A stretch of DNA of 64,000 nucleotides from TPA_inf: Saccharomyces (taxonomy: Eukaryota): NCBI GenBank assembly GCA_000146045.2, contig BK006939.2, positions 352,001-416,000 of the forward strand. The letters run 5' to 3'. Of this stretch, positions 1 through 11,099 are shown one piece after another. The notes under the pieces are model-generated. The model saw only the letters and a list, made by a program, of their open reading frames with translations. It was not told the DNA's origin and ran no database searches. Each line of letters opens with the position of its first letter. Within the stretch, counting starts at the first letter, position 1. The translations under genes were made by a program, and so were the position numbers.

Positions 1-1236
1 CAGGACGAGTTTGAGAACGACGTTGAGGACGATGCTTCTTCCTCACTGAAGGAAAAATCACAAGGTTCTTGTGAAATTGAAATTGCTTCTGAAATTTCAT
101 CCGAAATTTTAAATGGCACATCGGCAGACGGTAATTCCGAGTTTCACGACTTCGCTGAGCCCCCTCCCTCTCAGAATGAATCTGTCGCTCTGTCTTTTAG
201 TCAATCGAATGATTTGGACTTTTTGAATAATCCAAGCGGATCAGGCTCTTCAAACGATATCAATAGAAGTACAAGTTCCATTTCACTTCCTAGACATGTG
301 TCACTAGATTTTAACGTTTACAATAGTCTTTGCCTCACAAATGAGGTGACTGCATCAGAATCACATAATGTGGCCAAATTTCACCTTGGCAAGAAAAACA
401 AGAAGAGCTTGCTACCAAGATGGAAAACCATTGAAATGTACGGGGAGGTAGTTAAGAAAACTCAAGACATATATTCTAATTTTCAGTATGCACAATACAT
501 TTTAAGGGTAGGGTTGGATACCGAAAAACTACACGAACTTGTTAAGGAACTGGAGGATGAAAGCAATAGCTTCTCTGTAGATTCTTTAAAGGAATATTTA
601 GTGAACGATGCCAAAGTTATTTTGAAGAAACTAAGTGCCGTTGGATACCCTGATGCACAGTACCTTCTAGGTGACGCCTACTCCTCTGGAGTTTTCGGTA
701 AAATAAAGAATAGAAGAGCATTTCTTTTATTCTCCGCTGCAGCCAAAAGAATGCACATCGAAAGTGTTTACAGAACTGCCATTTGCTATGAGTGCGGCTT
801 GGGTGTAACCAGAAATGCACCGAAGGCGGTTAACTTTTTGACTTTTGCTGCAACTAAGAACCATCCTGCAGCAATGTACAAATTAGGAGTATATTCGTAT
901 CATGGTTTGATGGGTCTTCCAGATGATATTCTAACCAAAATGGATGGTTATAGATGGTTGCGAAGGGCTACATCTATGGCTAGCAGCTTTGTTTGTGGTG
1001 CTCCTTTTGAATTAGCCAATATTTATATGACGGGATATAAAGATCTTATCATTTCGGATCCAGATTATGCTATGGCATTGTATGAGAAGGCGGCGGCTTT
1101 AGGGCATACTGAATCGGCAAGAATACTAGAAGACGCTCGCAGAAGTGGAGGGTTTGTTTCGCGAGGACATCCTCCTTCGGCACAGAAATATCATAAAACC
1201 TCCCATGAAGCTGTGGCAGCCAAAAAGTTGATTTAA
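1..1236 (+). CDS. SHC1: Sel1-repeat chitin synthase III activator (Skt5 paralog), C-terminal ~411 codons; the gene starts upstream of the window
   Basis: Frame 1 is open from base 1 to TAA at 1234-1236. Sel1/TPR-like repeats are present (YLLGDAYSSG, AAMYKLGVYSYHG). The position upstream of tRNA-Glu and UBP9 matches YER096W. The track's start at 214 is a TTG inside the gene. Confidence 0.8.
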   Translation, partial: QDEFENDVEDDASSSLKEKSQGSCEIEIASEISSEILNGTSADGNSEFHDFAEPPPSQNESVALSFSQSNDLDFLNNPSGSGSSNDINRSTSSISLPRHVSLDFNVYNSLCLTNEVTASESHNVAKFHLGKKNKKSLLPRWKTIEMYGEVVKKTQDIYSNFQYAQYILRVGLDTEKLHELVKELEDESNSFSVDSLKEYLVNDAKVILKKLSAVGYPDAQYLLGDAYSSGVFGKIKNRRAFLLFSAAAKRMHIESVYRTAICYECGLGVTRNAPKAVNFLTFAATKNHPAAMYKLGVYSYHGLMGLPDDILTKMDGYRWLRRATSMASSFVCGAPFELANIYMTGYKDLIISDPDYAMALYEKAAALGHTESARILEDARRSGGFVSRGHPPSAQKYHKTSHEAVAAKKLI

Positions 1237-2136
1237 TAGATAAATACAAACTTCGTTTTCCTTTTATTTTGTTGTTTTTTTTTTCACAAACTGTGGAAGT
1301 TCGATTAACTTTAGAAGTTTGTTTGATCAAAAATAGACTGATCCTCACACCTTTCGTTACTATTTGTTACTTTGCTGTATATCGAATAAATAAACCTGAC
1401 TAAACTCCTTCTGTTATTTAGCGCAGATCCTATATGCTGCATTTTTAGATGTATTTGAGCACTACTATCGTTAATGCCGTGGCATTGGCTATGGACCAGT
1501 TAAGTCACGGCCTTTCTTAGTTCTATCATATACGACGTTATACTTATTTACTTTCCCAGCGTTGAAATTAATGTGTCTTTTTCATAATATTTACTTTTTG
1601 GTGCGGAAATCTGTAATATTTTAAAACAAAATCTCATCCTTTTGAAAAGAAACGATGAAGAAAAAAAATAATAACATACATTGTACCTTCACTAACACTT
1701 GTAAAACAAACGCTTACATTATAATGGCACAAATGAGCAATCAGTGTCACTTCTTCCTACATAAGCATAATTCAAGTATCGGGATATAAAGCTATTATAT
1801 ACCGCTTAAGATAAGAGGTATACACCTCATTGATCAAATACGCAACAGCGTCTCCTTTCAGACCTTTGTGGAGTAATTTCTGCGGGTAGGATTGACTATT
1901 TTTCAAGATCAATGCCCCCTCACACTAAGACCTGTTTGCTTAGCATCATAAATGAGTTTTTCCATAATTAAATTTCAACCATAGATTAGAATTTCGTTGC
2001 GGGATAAAACTCCAGAACCACAACGATTATGCAGCAAATGTAACCTTGAACTAAACTAAGATTTTGTTAGAGCAGGTGGTTTCCGTTACTCAGACAAGAA
2101 CCTATAGTAGAAATATAAAAGTTTAAGTAAAACTTT

Positions 2137-2390
2137 CTTGGAATAGGAATCAGCCATCATCTATCAACTAGTGTACTGATATTCATAATACTGGTATACA
2201 ATCATATACGGTGCGGGAAGATGACATAAAAAATTGAGAAACACTCATCAAATTTAATGGAGGCCGAAATGCAGGGACTCAGATCGTGATAGAATAATAA
2301 ACGAGAACATATAAAATGGAAGAAAAAAGAATAACAACAATATGTAGATTTATCGATTCTGTTGATAATTAGAGGTAAAAAAATAGTATT
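2137..2390 (+). mobile_element. Diverged solo Ty1/Ty2 delta-like LTR (5' two-thirds)
   Basis: TCTTGGAATAGGAATCAGCCATCATCTATCAACTAG...ATACGGTGCGGGAAGATGAC...AAATGCAGGGA aligns with the delta consensus TGTTGGAATAGAAATCAACTATCATCTACTAACTAG...ATACGGTGTTAGAAGATGAC. Boundaries are approximate. Confidence 0.5.
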
Positions 2391-2730
2391 AATGAAGAAA
2401 TAATTACTGATCTTCTTATACTAAATAAGAGAGGTATATAAAACACACGCCGATTGGTCATATTAATCATGACCAATATAATAGTGATTCCGGTAGTTAC
2501 TATACATTGATGTGACGACTCATATTCCTCATATATGTACCTACCATAACATGTTCAACTAATAGGTGTTTAACACAGCTTCAGTATTGTCTGAGCTTCT
2601 CGTTTAACATTCCTTCTGCAATAGGCGCAATCACACTTAAACGTATACGAGGTGTACATTAATATACGATGTAAGCATTAGATTGTTACCATAGCAACTC
2701 ATGTCACTATTAATTACTCTCGTTCCAACA

Positions 2731-2850
2731 GATTCTCCTTTTATGGATTCCATATCTCGAGGAGACTTCTAGTATATTCTGTATACGCAATATTATAGCG
2801 TTTACGAACAATGAATCCCAACAATTATTTTAAAATTCACCAACATCTCA
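2731..2850 (+). mobile_element. Ty1/Ty2 delta LTR 3' fragment (about 120 bp, ends ...CAACATCTCA)
   Basis: GATTCTCCTTTTATGGATTCCATATCTCGAGGAGACTTCTAGTATATTCTGTATACGCAATATTATAGCGTTTACGAACAATGAATCCCAACAATTATTTTAAAATTCACCAACATCTCA closely matches the 3' third of delta (…CCTCGAGGAGAACTTCTAGTATATTCTGTATACCTAATATTATAGCCTTTATCAACAATGGAATCCCAACAATTATCTCAACATTCACCCATTTCTCA). Confidence 0.65.
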
Positions 2851-2918
2851 ATATGTGTTTTATGAATATTTTAGGTGGGTATTGTCATACTGACGTATTC
2901 CATTTTGAGATGCAACAC
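2851..2918 (-). mobile_element. Ty3 sigma LTR 5'-end fragment, inverted, abutting the delta fragment and ending 15-16 bp upstream of tRNA-Glu
   Basis: The reverse complement reads TGTTGCATCTCAAAATGGAATACGTCAGTATGACAATACCCACC...CATAAAACACATAT, matching the sigma 5' end TGTTGTATCTCAAAATGAGATATGTCAGTATGACAATACGTCACCC...CATAAAACACATAT. The roughly 16-bp spacing to the tRNA start is the typical Ty3 integration distance. Confidence 0.6.
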
Positions 2919-2933
2919 ATACGTGTATTGTAA

Positions 2934-3005
2934 TCCGATATAGTGTAACGGCTATCACATCACGCTTTCACCGTGGAGACCGGGGTTCGACTCCCCGTAT
3001 CGGAG
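2934..3005 (+). tRNA. tE(UUC): tRNA-Glu (anticodon UUC), intronless, 72 nt
   Basis: TCCGATATAGTGTAACGGCTATCACATCACGCTTTCACCGTGGAGACCGGGGTTCGACTCCCCGTATCGGAG. It has an A-box, a B-box GGTTCGACTCC and a CTTTCAC anticodon loop. A T6 Pol III terminator follows immediately. Confidence 0.93.
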
Positions 3006-3008
3006 TAC

Positions 3009-3014
3009 TTTTTT
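3009..3014 (+). terminator. RNA polymerase III terminator (T6 run) for tRNA-Glu
   Basis: TTTTTT lies 4 nt after the tRNA 3' end. Confidence 0.8.
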
Positions 3015-3465
3015 GACATCATACAGTGTATGTATGGGGTTAGGAGCCACCTTCCAACAAAGCATCACGCTGTCGTATCTCAATTGTCCTTCAGCAAAAG
3101 AAAAAGCAGTTGGGCTCCTGTACGCCATATATACTTTATATGCGGTTTTTACCCCGGAAATCGCGTTTATTAATGTCAATGCGCGATTTCTATTATGGGT
3201 TGAAAAAGTTGCACTTCTGTTCCTTTCCAAACGATATACGCCCCCCCCACAAGAAAACGTTTCTCTTGCATTCAATAAGGTCCATCGAAGCTGTATTTGG
3301 AACTTCCGATTTTATTAAACTTCTAGGGGCGAACTCAACCTTTCGCTTGAACAAGCTTGAATGTGTCGAAAACCTTAGCTCGATCCTTAAAAAAGTATTT
3401 GCATTATCAGTAATAAACAGAAAATTAAAACATTTACCAAAGGCAACGAGTCTTCCATATGAAAA

Positions 3466-5730
3466 ATGATAAAAAGATGGTTATCTGTGAATAGGAAAAA
3501 GTCACACCCGGAGAAGAACACTCAAGGTAATGACGAAATTAATCGGAAAGCAACTAGCCTGAAGAAAACGAAAGGTTCTGGAGATCCCTCCATAGCGAAA
3601 TCACCAAGTGCTAAGAGTAGTACATCAAGCATACCTTCTAATCTTGCGAGCCATGAAAGAAGAAGCAAGTTTAGTAGTCAAACGGATAACCTTGCAGGAA
3701 ATAAACATTACCATGAGCATTACCATAATATGGCAAGTACTTCAGATGAAAGAGAGTACGATTCCTCGACTACATATGAAGATCGTGCGTTCGATACAGA
3801 GTCCTCCATACTATTTACTACTATTACAGATTTAATGCCATATGGGGATGGTTCCAATAAAGTGTTTGGTTATGAAAATTTTGGGAATACTTGCTACTGC
3901 AACTCCGTTCTACAATGCCTTTATAATATCCCCGAATTTAGGTGTAATGTGCTGCGATATCCTGAAAGAGTAGCCGCAGTAAACAGAATACGCAAAAGTG
4001 ATTTGAAGGGTTCAAAAATAAGGGTATTCACTAATGAAAGTTTTGAAACATCTACTAATAGCGGAAATTCTAATACGGGGTACCAAAGCAATGATAATGA
4101 AGATGCACATAACCACCACCACCTTCAGCAGAGTGATCAAGATAACTCCTCTTCTTCTACTCAAGAAAAACAGAATAATTTTGAAAGAAAAAGGAACTCG
4201 TTTATGGGTTTTGGAAAAGATAAATCGAACTATAAAGATTCTGCAAAGAAAGATGATAACAATGAGATGGAACGGCCTCAGCCTGTTCACACAGTTGTAA
4301 TGGCCTCTGATACATTAACAGAGAAGCTTCACGAAGGCTGTAAAAAAATTATTGTGGGAAGACCGCTTTTAAAGCAAAGCGATTCCTTATCAAAAGCTTC
4401 AACTACAGATTGTCAAGCAAATTCGCATTGCCAGTGTGATTCACAAGGCAGTAGGATTACATCAGTGGATGATGATGTCCTTGTTAACCCTGAGAGCTGT
4501 AACGATGCTGTCAACAATTCTAATAATAATAAAGAGAATACGTTTCCAACAAGTGAACAAAGAAAAAAAGCCGCTTTAATTAGAGGCCCCGTTCTTAACG
4601 TAGATCATTTACTTTATCCAACCGAGGAAGCTACACTTTACAATGGACTAAAAGATATATTTGAGTCTATTACTGAAAACTTGTCGCTAACCGGTATCGT
4701 TTCACCTACAGAGTTTGTCAAAATTTTAAAAAAAGAAAACGTCTTGTTCAACACTATGATGCAACAAGATGCCCATGAATTTTTAAACTTTTTATTAAAT
4801 GATTTCAGTGAATATATTCAACGCAATAATCCCAGAATGAGATTCGGACCACAAAAGACAGACAACAGCAACGACAACTTTATAACGGATTTATTCAAAG
4901 GTACACTGACGAATAGGATCAAATGTTTAACTTGTGACAATATCACCTCAAGGGACGAACCATTTTTAGACTTTCCAATAGAAGTACAGGGTGATGAAGA
5001 GACTGATATCCAGAAGATGTTAAAAAGCTATCATCAGCGTGAGATGTTGAACGGGGTTAACAAATTTTATTGTAACAAATGTTATGGTTTACAAGAAGCA
5101 GAACGTATGGTCGGACTGAAGCAACTGCCCCATATTCTGTCATTGCACCTAAAAAGATTCAAGTATTCAGAGGAGCAAAAGTCAAACATCAAACTTTTTA
5201 ACAAAATACTCTATCCACTAACTTTGGATGTTTCTTCCACTTTTAATACATCAGTATATAAAAAATATGAACTAAGCGGCGTCGTCATCCATATGGGGAG
5301 CGGTCCACAGCATGGTCATTACGTATGCATTTGCAGGAACGAAAAGTTTGGGTGGCTTTTGTATGATGACGAAACGGTGGAATCCATAAAAGAAGAAACT
5401 GTGTTACAATTCACAGGTCATCCAGGTGATCAAACTACAGCCTACGTTTTATTCTATAAAGAAACACAGGCTGATAAGACCGAAAATCAAAATGAAAATA
5501 TAGACACTTCTAGTCAAGATCAAATGCAGACTGACAATAACATTGAACAGTTAATAAAATGCGATGATTGGTTAAGGGATCGTAAATTGAGGGCAGCTGC
5601 AAATATTGAACGCAAAAAGACCTTGGGGAATATACCTGAAGTTAAGACTGCAGAAACCAAGACGCCATTAAATGATAAAAAACGCAATAAGCAAAAAAGA
5701 AAATCGAGAATATTGAGCTTCATCAAATAA
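3466..5730 (+). CDS. UBP9: Ubiquitin C-terminal hydrolase (USP family), 754 aa
   Basis: ATG at 3466. Cys-box [13 protein letters not shown] and His-box [24 protein letters not shown] are present. The length matches YER098W. Confidence 0.9.
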
Positions 5731-6104
5731 ATCGGGATTGTTTCGATACATCATATAGTTGAGACCCATCTGTTCTAAAAGTATCAATATTAGTGTACCA
5801 TTTTTTCTTCCTTTTTTAAATAATTTCCACGTTTCTTTCTATTGTTCCTGATCTTTCGAATTTAGTTGTATTTCACTTCACCTACTGTAATAACTTTTTT
5901 TTTTTAGAGCACAATAAAATTTCACATATTTTCCAAAAGCAAGGGCGGTAAATCAGAAAAGATTAAGCTTTAATGAAAATCTCATAGAGACCAGATGAAG
6001 AATATTGGTGGCAGCATAAGCGCTAATACTGAATAGATATACGCATTTTTTTTCAAAATATCTGTTAGTACATTTATACAAATATATTCGTTTATACCTC
6101 TTCT

Positions 6105-7061
6105 TTAAACAGGCGCATGTGTAAATAAATATGAGACTGATTCTCCATTATGCAATCTTCTGATAGCTTCTGCAATCGTAGGGCTGATATCCACCTGATC
6201 GACAATGTCCAAATCCAAATCAACAGGTACCGTGTTGGTGCAAACAATTCTTGATAACCTACTATTTATTAACTTCTCCCTAGCTGAGCCAGAAAATATA
6301 CCATGTGTGACAATAGCGATAACCTCCTTAGCACCGTGATCCATTAATGTGTCACAGGCTTTCACCAGCGTACCACACGTGTCAGCCATATCGTCAATCA
6401 ACAAGCATGACTTACCAGCAACATCACCGACAAGCAGCATTCGCGAAACTTCATTAGCTTTTTGCCTCTCCTTATGAATCAAGGCAAAATTCATATCCAG
6501 CTTGTCCGCTAAAGAAGCCACCCTTTTCGCACCACCAGCATCAGGCGATACCAGTATCGCATTATTGAAATCTGTTTTGGTCCTTATGTAATTCAACACA
6601 CTTGGTTCACCGTATAAATTATCAACCGGGATATGAAAAAACCCTTGAATTTGTGAAGCATGGAGATCCATAGTAATAACATGATCACAACCCGCAGTTT
6701 CCAAAAGATTGGCAATCAGCTTCGCAGTGATGGGCGCCCGCGATTTATCCTTCTTATCTTGTCTAGCATAAGGGAAATTTGGTATTACTGCCGTAATTCT
6801 TCTGACTGATGCCGTCTTACAAGCGTGAATTAAGATAAGTAATTCCATTAAGAAATCGTTGATTTCATGTTCCCCGTAACCAGTTTGGATGATATATACG
6901 TCTTCATCACGAATGCTTTCCCCTATTGTAACAGACGTCTCTTTATTTGAATACTGATATACCCCCACTTTAGATAACGGTACACCAAGCCTTTGGGAAA
7001 TAAGCTCAGCAAGCCCAGGATGTGAGTTACCAGCTAACAACTTAATACTGTTTGTAGACAT
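6105..7061 (-). CDS. PRS2: Ribose-phosphate pyrophosphokinase (PRPP synthetase), 318 aa
   Basis: PRPP synthetase signature (…[14 protein letters not shown]…, [11 protein letters not shown]). The track's 320 aa includes TTG-Asn before the real ATG at 7061; 318 aa matches YER099C. Confidence 0.9.
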   Translation of the reverse strand: MSTNSIKLLAGNSHPGLAELISQRLGVPLSKVGVYQYSNKETSVTIGESIRDEDVYIIQTGYGEHEINDFLMELLILIHACKTASVRRITAVIPNFPYARQDKKDKSRAPITAKLIANLLETAGCDHVITMDLHASQIQGFFHIPVDNLYGEPSVLNYIRTKTDFNNAILVSPDAGGAKRVASLADKLDMNFALIHKERQKANEVSRMLLVGDVAGKSCLLIDDMADTCGTLVKACDTLMDHGAKEVIAIVTHGIFSGSAREKLINSRLSRIVCTNTVPVDLDLDIVDQVDISPTIAEAIRRLHNGESVSYLFTHAPV

Positions 7062-7561
7062 ATTCAACGAAACTTACGACAAGATAGTCTTTGGATGATG
7101 AGGAATATCCTCTTCTTAGCAATCCCTCGATGCCTCCTCATATCATCTATTGTTCAAAATTTTTTCATTGTTGAAAAATAGTCACGTGCTTAACCATTTT
7201 GCTGCGCGATTTGGTAGGAGGATAAATACACGGGCATACCGTATCTGTTCAATAGCAACAATGTCGGAGAGAGCTAAACTAGCCAACTCGCCATCCTATT
7301 CCACTGGTCGCTTGAGTCGATATCCTTCCACAGCAATATTGCACTTTACAATTAGGATAGCCTCCCCAATAAAATAAGGAAATTTTGGTTATTTGTGTTC
7401 AGAAAAAGCCGAAATCGATTGCAGAGAACAGAAAGGAACTTTCCGATTATCACACTTTAGGAGCCGTGATAAAGAAGACTACCATCGCATATCGCAGAAA
7501 AGACTTTAAATATTAACTAAAACCGCATTCGCAAATTGCAAACAAAGTACGTACAATAGTA

Positions 7562-8314
7562 ATGGCTACAAAGCAGGCTCACAAGAGATTGACGAAAGAG
7601 TACAAGTTGATGGTGGAAAACCCTCCACCATATATTCTTGCTCGCCCCAACGAAGATAATATTTTAGAGTGGCACTATATTATCACAGGACCTGCGGATA
7701 CTCCTTACAAGGGCGGTCAATATCACGGTACTTTAACTTTCCCGTCTGATTATCCATACAAACCACCGGCTATCAGAATGATAACACCGAATGGACGTTT
7801 CAAGCCCAACACACGATTATGCCTTTCTATGAGTGATTACCACCCTGATACTTGGAATCCTGGCTGGTCTGTCTCAACCATTTTGAACGGGTTACTAAGT
7901 TTCATGACCAGTGATGAAGCCACGACAGGATCAATTACAACATCAGACCATCAGAAGAAGACATTAGCAAGAAATTCCATAAGTTATAACACTTTTCAAA
8001 ATGTTAGATTCAAATTGATTTTTCCGGAAGTTGTACAGGAAAATGTAGAGACATTAGAAAAGAGAAAATTGGATGAGGGGGATGCGGCAAATACAGGTGA
8101 TGAAACAGAAGACCCTTTTACAAAGGCTGCGAAGGAAAAAGTCATCTCGTTGGAGGAAATTCTAGACCCTGAAGACAGAATACGCGCTGAACAAGCGTTG
8201 AGACAATCAGAAAATAATTCCAAGAAAGATGGCAAAGAACCTAATGATAGTTCTTCAATGGTTTATATTGGTATCGCTATTTTTTTGTTTTTGGTTGGCC
8301 TTTTTATGAAATGA
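7562..8314 (+). CDS. UBC6: Tail-anchored ER ubiquitin-conjugating enzyme E2, 250 aa
   Basis: UBC fold with HPN-like motif (…RLCLSMSDYHPDTWNPGWSV…) and a C-terminal TM anchor MVYIGIAIFLFLVGLFMK. Matches YER100W. Confidence 0.9.
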   Translation: MATKQAHKRLTKEYKLMVENPPPYILARPNEDNILEWHYIITGPADTPYKGGQYHGTLTFPSDYPYKPPAIRMITPNGRFKPNTRLCLSMSDYHPDTWNPGWSVSTILNGLLSFMTSDEATTGSITTSDHQKKTLARNSISYNTFQNVRFKLIFPEVVQENVETLEKRKLDEGDAANTGDETEDPFTKAAKEKVISLEEILDPEDRIRAEQALRQSENNSKKDGKEPNDSSSMVYIGIAIFLFLVGLFMK

Positions 8315-8501
8315 AGCCATTAAATGAACTAAACTTTAGATAAATTTTGACAACACAGAATAGAAATCAATAGTATTATATAGACAAAACGGATCTTTTT
8401 ATTATGAACATTGTGAATTATTAATTATATTTTTGAGTATGTATTGACCAAGAAACCTCAATAAAAATGAGGTGAAACCTAGGGAGACAGAAACTCCCAT
8501 T

Positions 8502-9794
8502 TCAAAAACCTTCAACTTTCATTATAAGCTTACCTTGAGCACGTTGTGTAGCCATATAGGAAAATGCTTCCTTGAAATTTTTCCAGGAATAAACCTTATC
8601 AACAACGCAATCTACGACTCCCTCATTTAGCAGCTTGCCGCATTCATGTATCCAATCATTCTTCTTGGGGATAATCTTGATATTGGGGTCAAAGTAAAAA
8701 TGAGAATAATCGTATGACCATAACATTGATCCAAACATTTTTCTTGCATTGGCGCTAGGGTTATCCCAAGAATCAAAGACGTCTTTCTTATAATTTCCAA
8801 CATAATCACCAACTGTTGTAATATAAGCACCTTTAGCGTGAATTAAAGAACTCGAGTGACTCAAGATATCATAACCACCGATGAAGTCCAACACGACATT
8901 AAATTTACCCTGAGTATAATCTTCGGTTTCTTTGAGAGTATTAAAATCATCATAATCTACAACTTTACCGGTATCCAACATACGTCTGAGTGGTTTACTA
9001 GATTTTCCCCTACATGACAGATAATTTATGAAAATGATTTCATCTTTCAAATCCGGGAAATGTTCTGACAGGACTGCTGCACCATTACCTGACGTTACCA
9101 CTACTAGCTTTTTAGAAACTTTATAGTAACGCTTCAATAACTGGATAGCAAACATCCCTACAGAGCTTGTACCACCGTTTATTAAAACATTAGATTCTGT
9201 ATTCAATTGATCCTTCTCCTTTAGTTGAGCTAACAGATTAAGTGCTGTTCCTAAACAGAATAAGGAGCCTGCTGCCTTTTCTGGTGATAGAGTATTTTTG
9301 GGTCGCATTAAAATAGGATCGACACGCGGATCAATGAGCAACGAACTTTGCAGGGCGCCAATGGCTAACTTGGGATGATAGTAAATGCCGTACACATCGT
9401 CACCCACGTTCCATCTATTTGTCAAATTATCACCGACATGTGTTATCACTCCGCTGTATTCTCTTCCAATGCCGGCTTCACCATAAATAGGCTTGGTGTA
9501 ACCATTCCTAATCTTCATATCAACAGGGTTCAAACCTACATAGTTCACTTGAACTACCAGTTTGTTTTTACTTATGGGCAACTTAATTTTGTTCTCATAT
9601 GAAAAAGTAATGGGACCGTGTTTAGAATGAAAAACTAATGACTTAACGGGAATATGTCTTACATGTCTTAACGGTCTGGCGACTCTAGTCAGCGTAGGTT
9701 CATCCACGGGGATTGGCTTCGGCGCTGAAACTTCATGGTCCACTGTCATCGCTTCTAGTTTAGGGTCTTTATTTTCCAAGATTTTCTCTGCCAT
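8502..9794 (-). CDS. AST2: MDR/zinc-type alcohol dehydrogenase-like protein (Ast1 paralog), 430 aa
   Basis: ATG at 9794. Quinone-oxidoreductase-like Rossmann motifs are present (VLINGGTSSVGMFAIQL). Position and length match YER101C. Confidence 0.85.
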   Translation of the reverse strand: MAEKILENKDPKLEAMTVDHEVSAPKPIPVDEPTLTRVARPLRHVRHIPVKSLVFHSKHGPITFSYENKIKLPISKNKLVVQVNYVGLNPVDMKIRNGYTKPIYGEAGIGREYSGVITHVGDNLTNRWNVGDDVYGIYYHPKLAIGALQSSLLIDPRVDPILMRPKNTLSPEKAAGSLFCLGTALNLLAQLKEKDQLNTESNVLINGGTSSVGMFAIQLLKRYYKVSKKLVVVTSGNGAAVLSEHFPDLKDEIIFINYLSCRGKSSKPLRRMLDTGKVVDYDDFNTLKETEDYTQGKFNVVLDFIGGYDILSHSSSLIHAKGAYITTVGDYVGNYKKDVFDSWDNPSANARKMFGSMLWSYDYSHFYFDPNIKIIPKKNDWIHECGKLLNEGVVDCVVDKVYSWKNFKEAFSYMATQRAQGKLIMKVEGF

Positions 9795-11099
9795 CTTTCT
9801 ATGCTAGTTTAACTTTCTTTTGATTGTTACGTCTTTACTTCCTGCGTAATGTACCCTTCAACTTAAGTATAATCGTGCATCCCTTCCTTTATACTTCTCT
9901 TTGTGTATAGCTGGGGCGATGTCTGAAAATCATAAAATAGGATGAATAATGGCGATAGAAGGTTTTACAATCAAGGTCAACTGGACGCAAGAAAAGGCTA
10001 AGTTAAGGTAGGTCTTCGACTTGACAACAAAACTTCCCCCTTAAGAGAAACTGAACTTGACCTACAGAGAAATTCGAATACGGATATTATTGGTTCTCCC
10101 CTCGTTGTGAGTAATTCCATTTCAAGCAGTAAATTCATGGACTTGTATCGCCTTGAGCAATGTACTCAATAAAAAGAGTTAGGCTGAGTGAATCCTTAAT
10201 GTACATAATCTATGCACCGCTTAAAAGTTTACTTGAAGCCTGTCGTTTATCTTTAGCTACCGACTTCTGGGCATAATAACCAAAGTCATATTTTATCGTC
10301 ATTAGAGTGAAAGTTTTTACTGCGAAACATCTTGACATCCAAGAAATTTAAACCCATACAATATATTTCAATATTTTTGTCTATTACTAAAAGTTCGCGG
10401 AGCACAATCGGTCGACAATTCGCCCGAACAGAGATTCTGCCTGATACCGACTTGCCCAGCCCAAGTGGGCAGAGAGGAAGGAGAAATTTCTCGGGTAGAG
10501 GGGAGGGACAGTCCGCCTAACTTCCTTACGAACGGGCATTGCTTTAGGCAGGAAAGGGTCCTGCTTCAGCGTGGACATTGAAACTTCCATTCTGCGGGAC
10601 GAGCTTGCCAGCATTCCAATGCCCATCGTATTGTACTCAATGGTGAAACTTACCACCATATTGTTAAAAGCTATTATTTATGATTTTTACTTACCAAACA
10701 TTGAAAGGAGACTGAACACACCACGATAAAACGTATGTTCTGATACCCAGCAAATGAGAAAGTAGAAGGAGAAACCTAAAAACCTGTGGCGGTCAAGACT
10801 GCTAGCAAGATGGATATTTAGATCATAAATTCTAACGCATGCATCCTGAGCAATGAAATCATGCAACCTAACATTTGAGGTTAATATATGAGAATTAACT
10901 AGCGTTGAGGAGGTACTGCAATTTAAAAGACCGAAGAATTATCGATGCAAGGAAAAATGGGTCTAGGATGAATACGAGCAATTGAAATACATTTGGAATA
11001 CCTTGTGAAAATATCACATACTTTCGCCTTCTATCTCGATGCGTTATTACAAGAAAATAGTTTTACTAACAAATTAACAAAAATTAAAATAGTGTAAAA

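Noticed and set aside
214-1236. Track ORFs whose first M is actually TTG or GTG (SHC1 fragment at 214, PRS2 +2 aa, NUP157 +1 aa, MAM1 +6 aa, SPR6 +2 aa, AVT6 +3 aa, DSE1 +18 aa, RSP5 +16 aa).
   Set aside because: Yeast nuclear genes start at ATG. In each case, trimming to the first ATG reproduces the known protein length exactly. The extensions are artefacts of the ORF finder's start-codon set.
2973-3469. Three overlapping ORFs (66, 101 and 119 aa) between tRNA-Glu and UBP9; the region corresponds to a dubious-ORF annotation (YER097W).
   Set aside because: They overlap one another in different frames, overlap the tRNA and the UBP9 promoter, and show no coding-like composition.
10351-10363. 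AAACCCATACAAT as a candidate Rap1 site for RPS8B.
   Set aside because: It has one mismatch to ACACCCATACATT and sits about 740 bp upstream of the ATG, farther than typical RP-gene Rap1 sites. Too weak to annotate.
10332-10659. Overlapping ORFs 10332-10520 (+, 62 aa) and 10387-10659 (-, 90 aa) as candidate small-protein genes.
   Set aside because: They overlap each other on opposite strands inside a GC-rich block, where long ORFs arise by chance (few stop codons). The first starts at a non-ATG. They are reported instead as a possible regulatory or ncRNA element.
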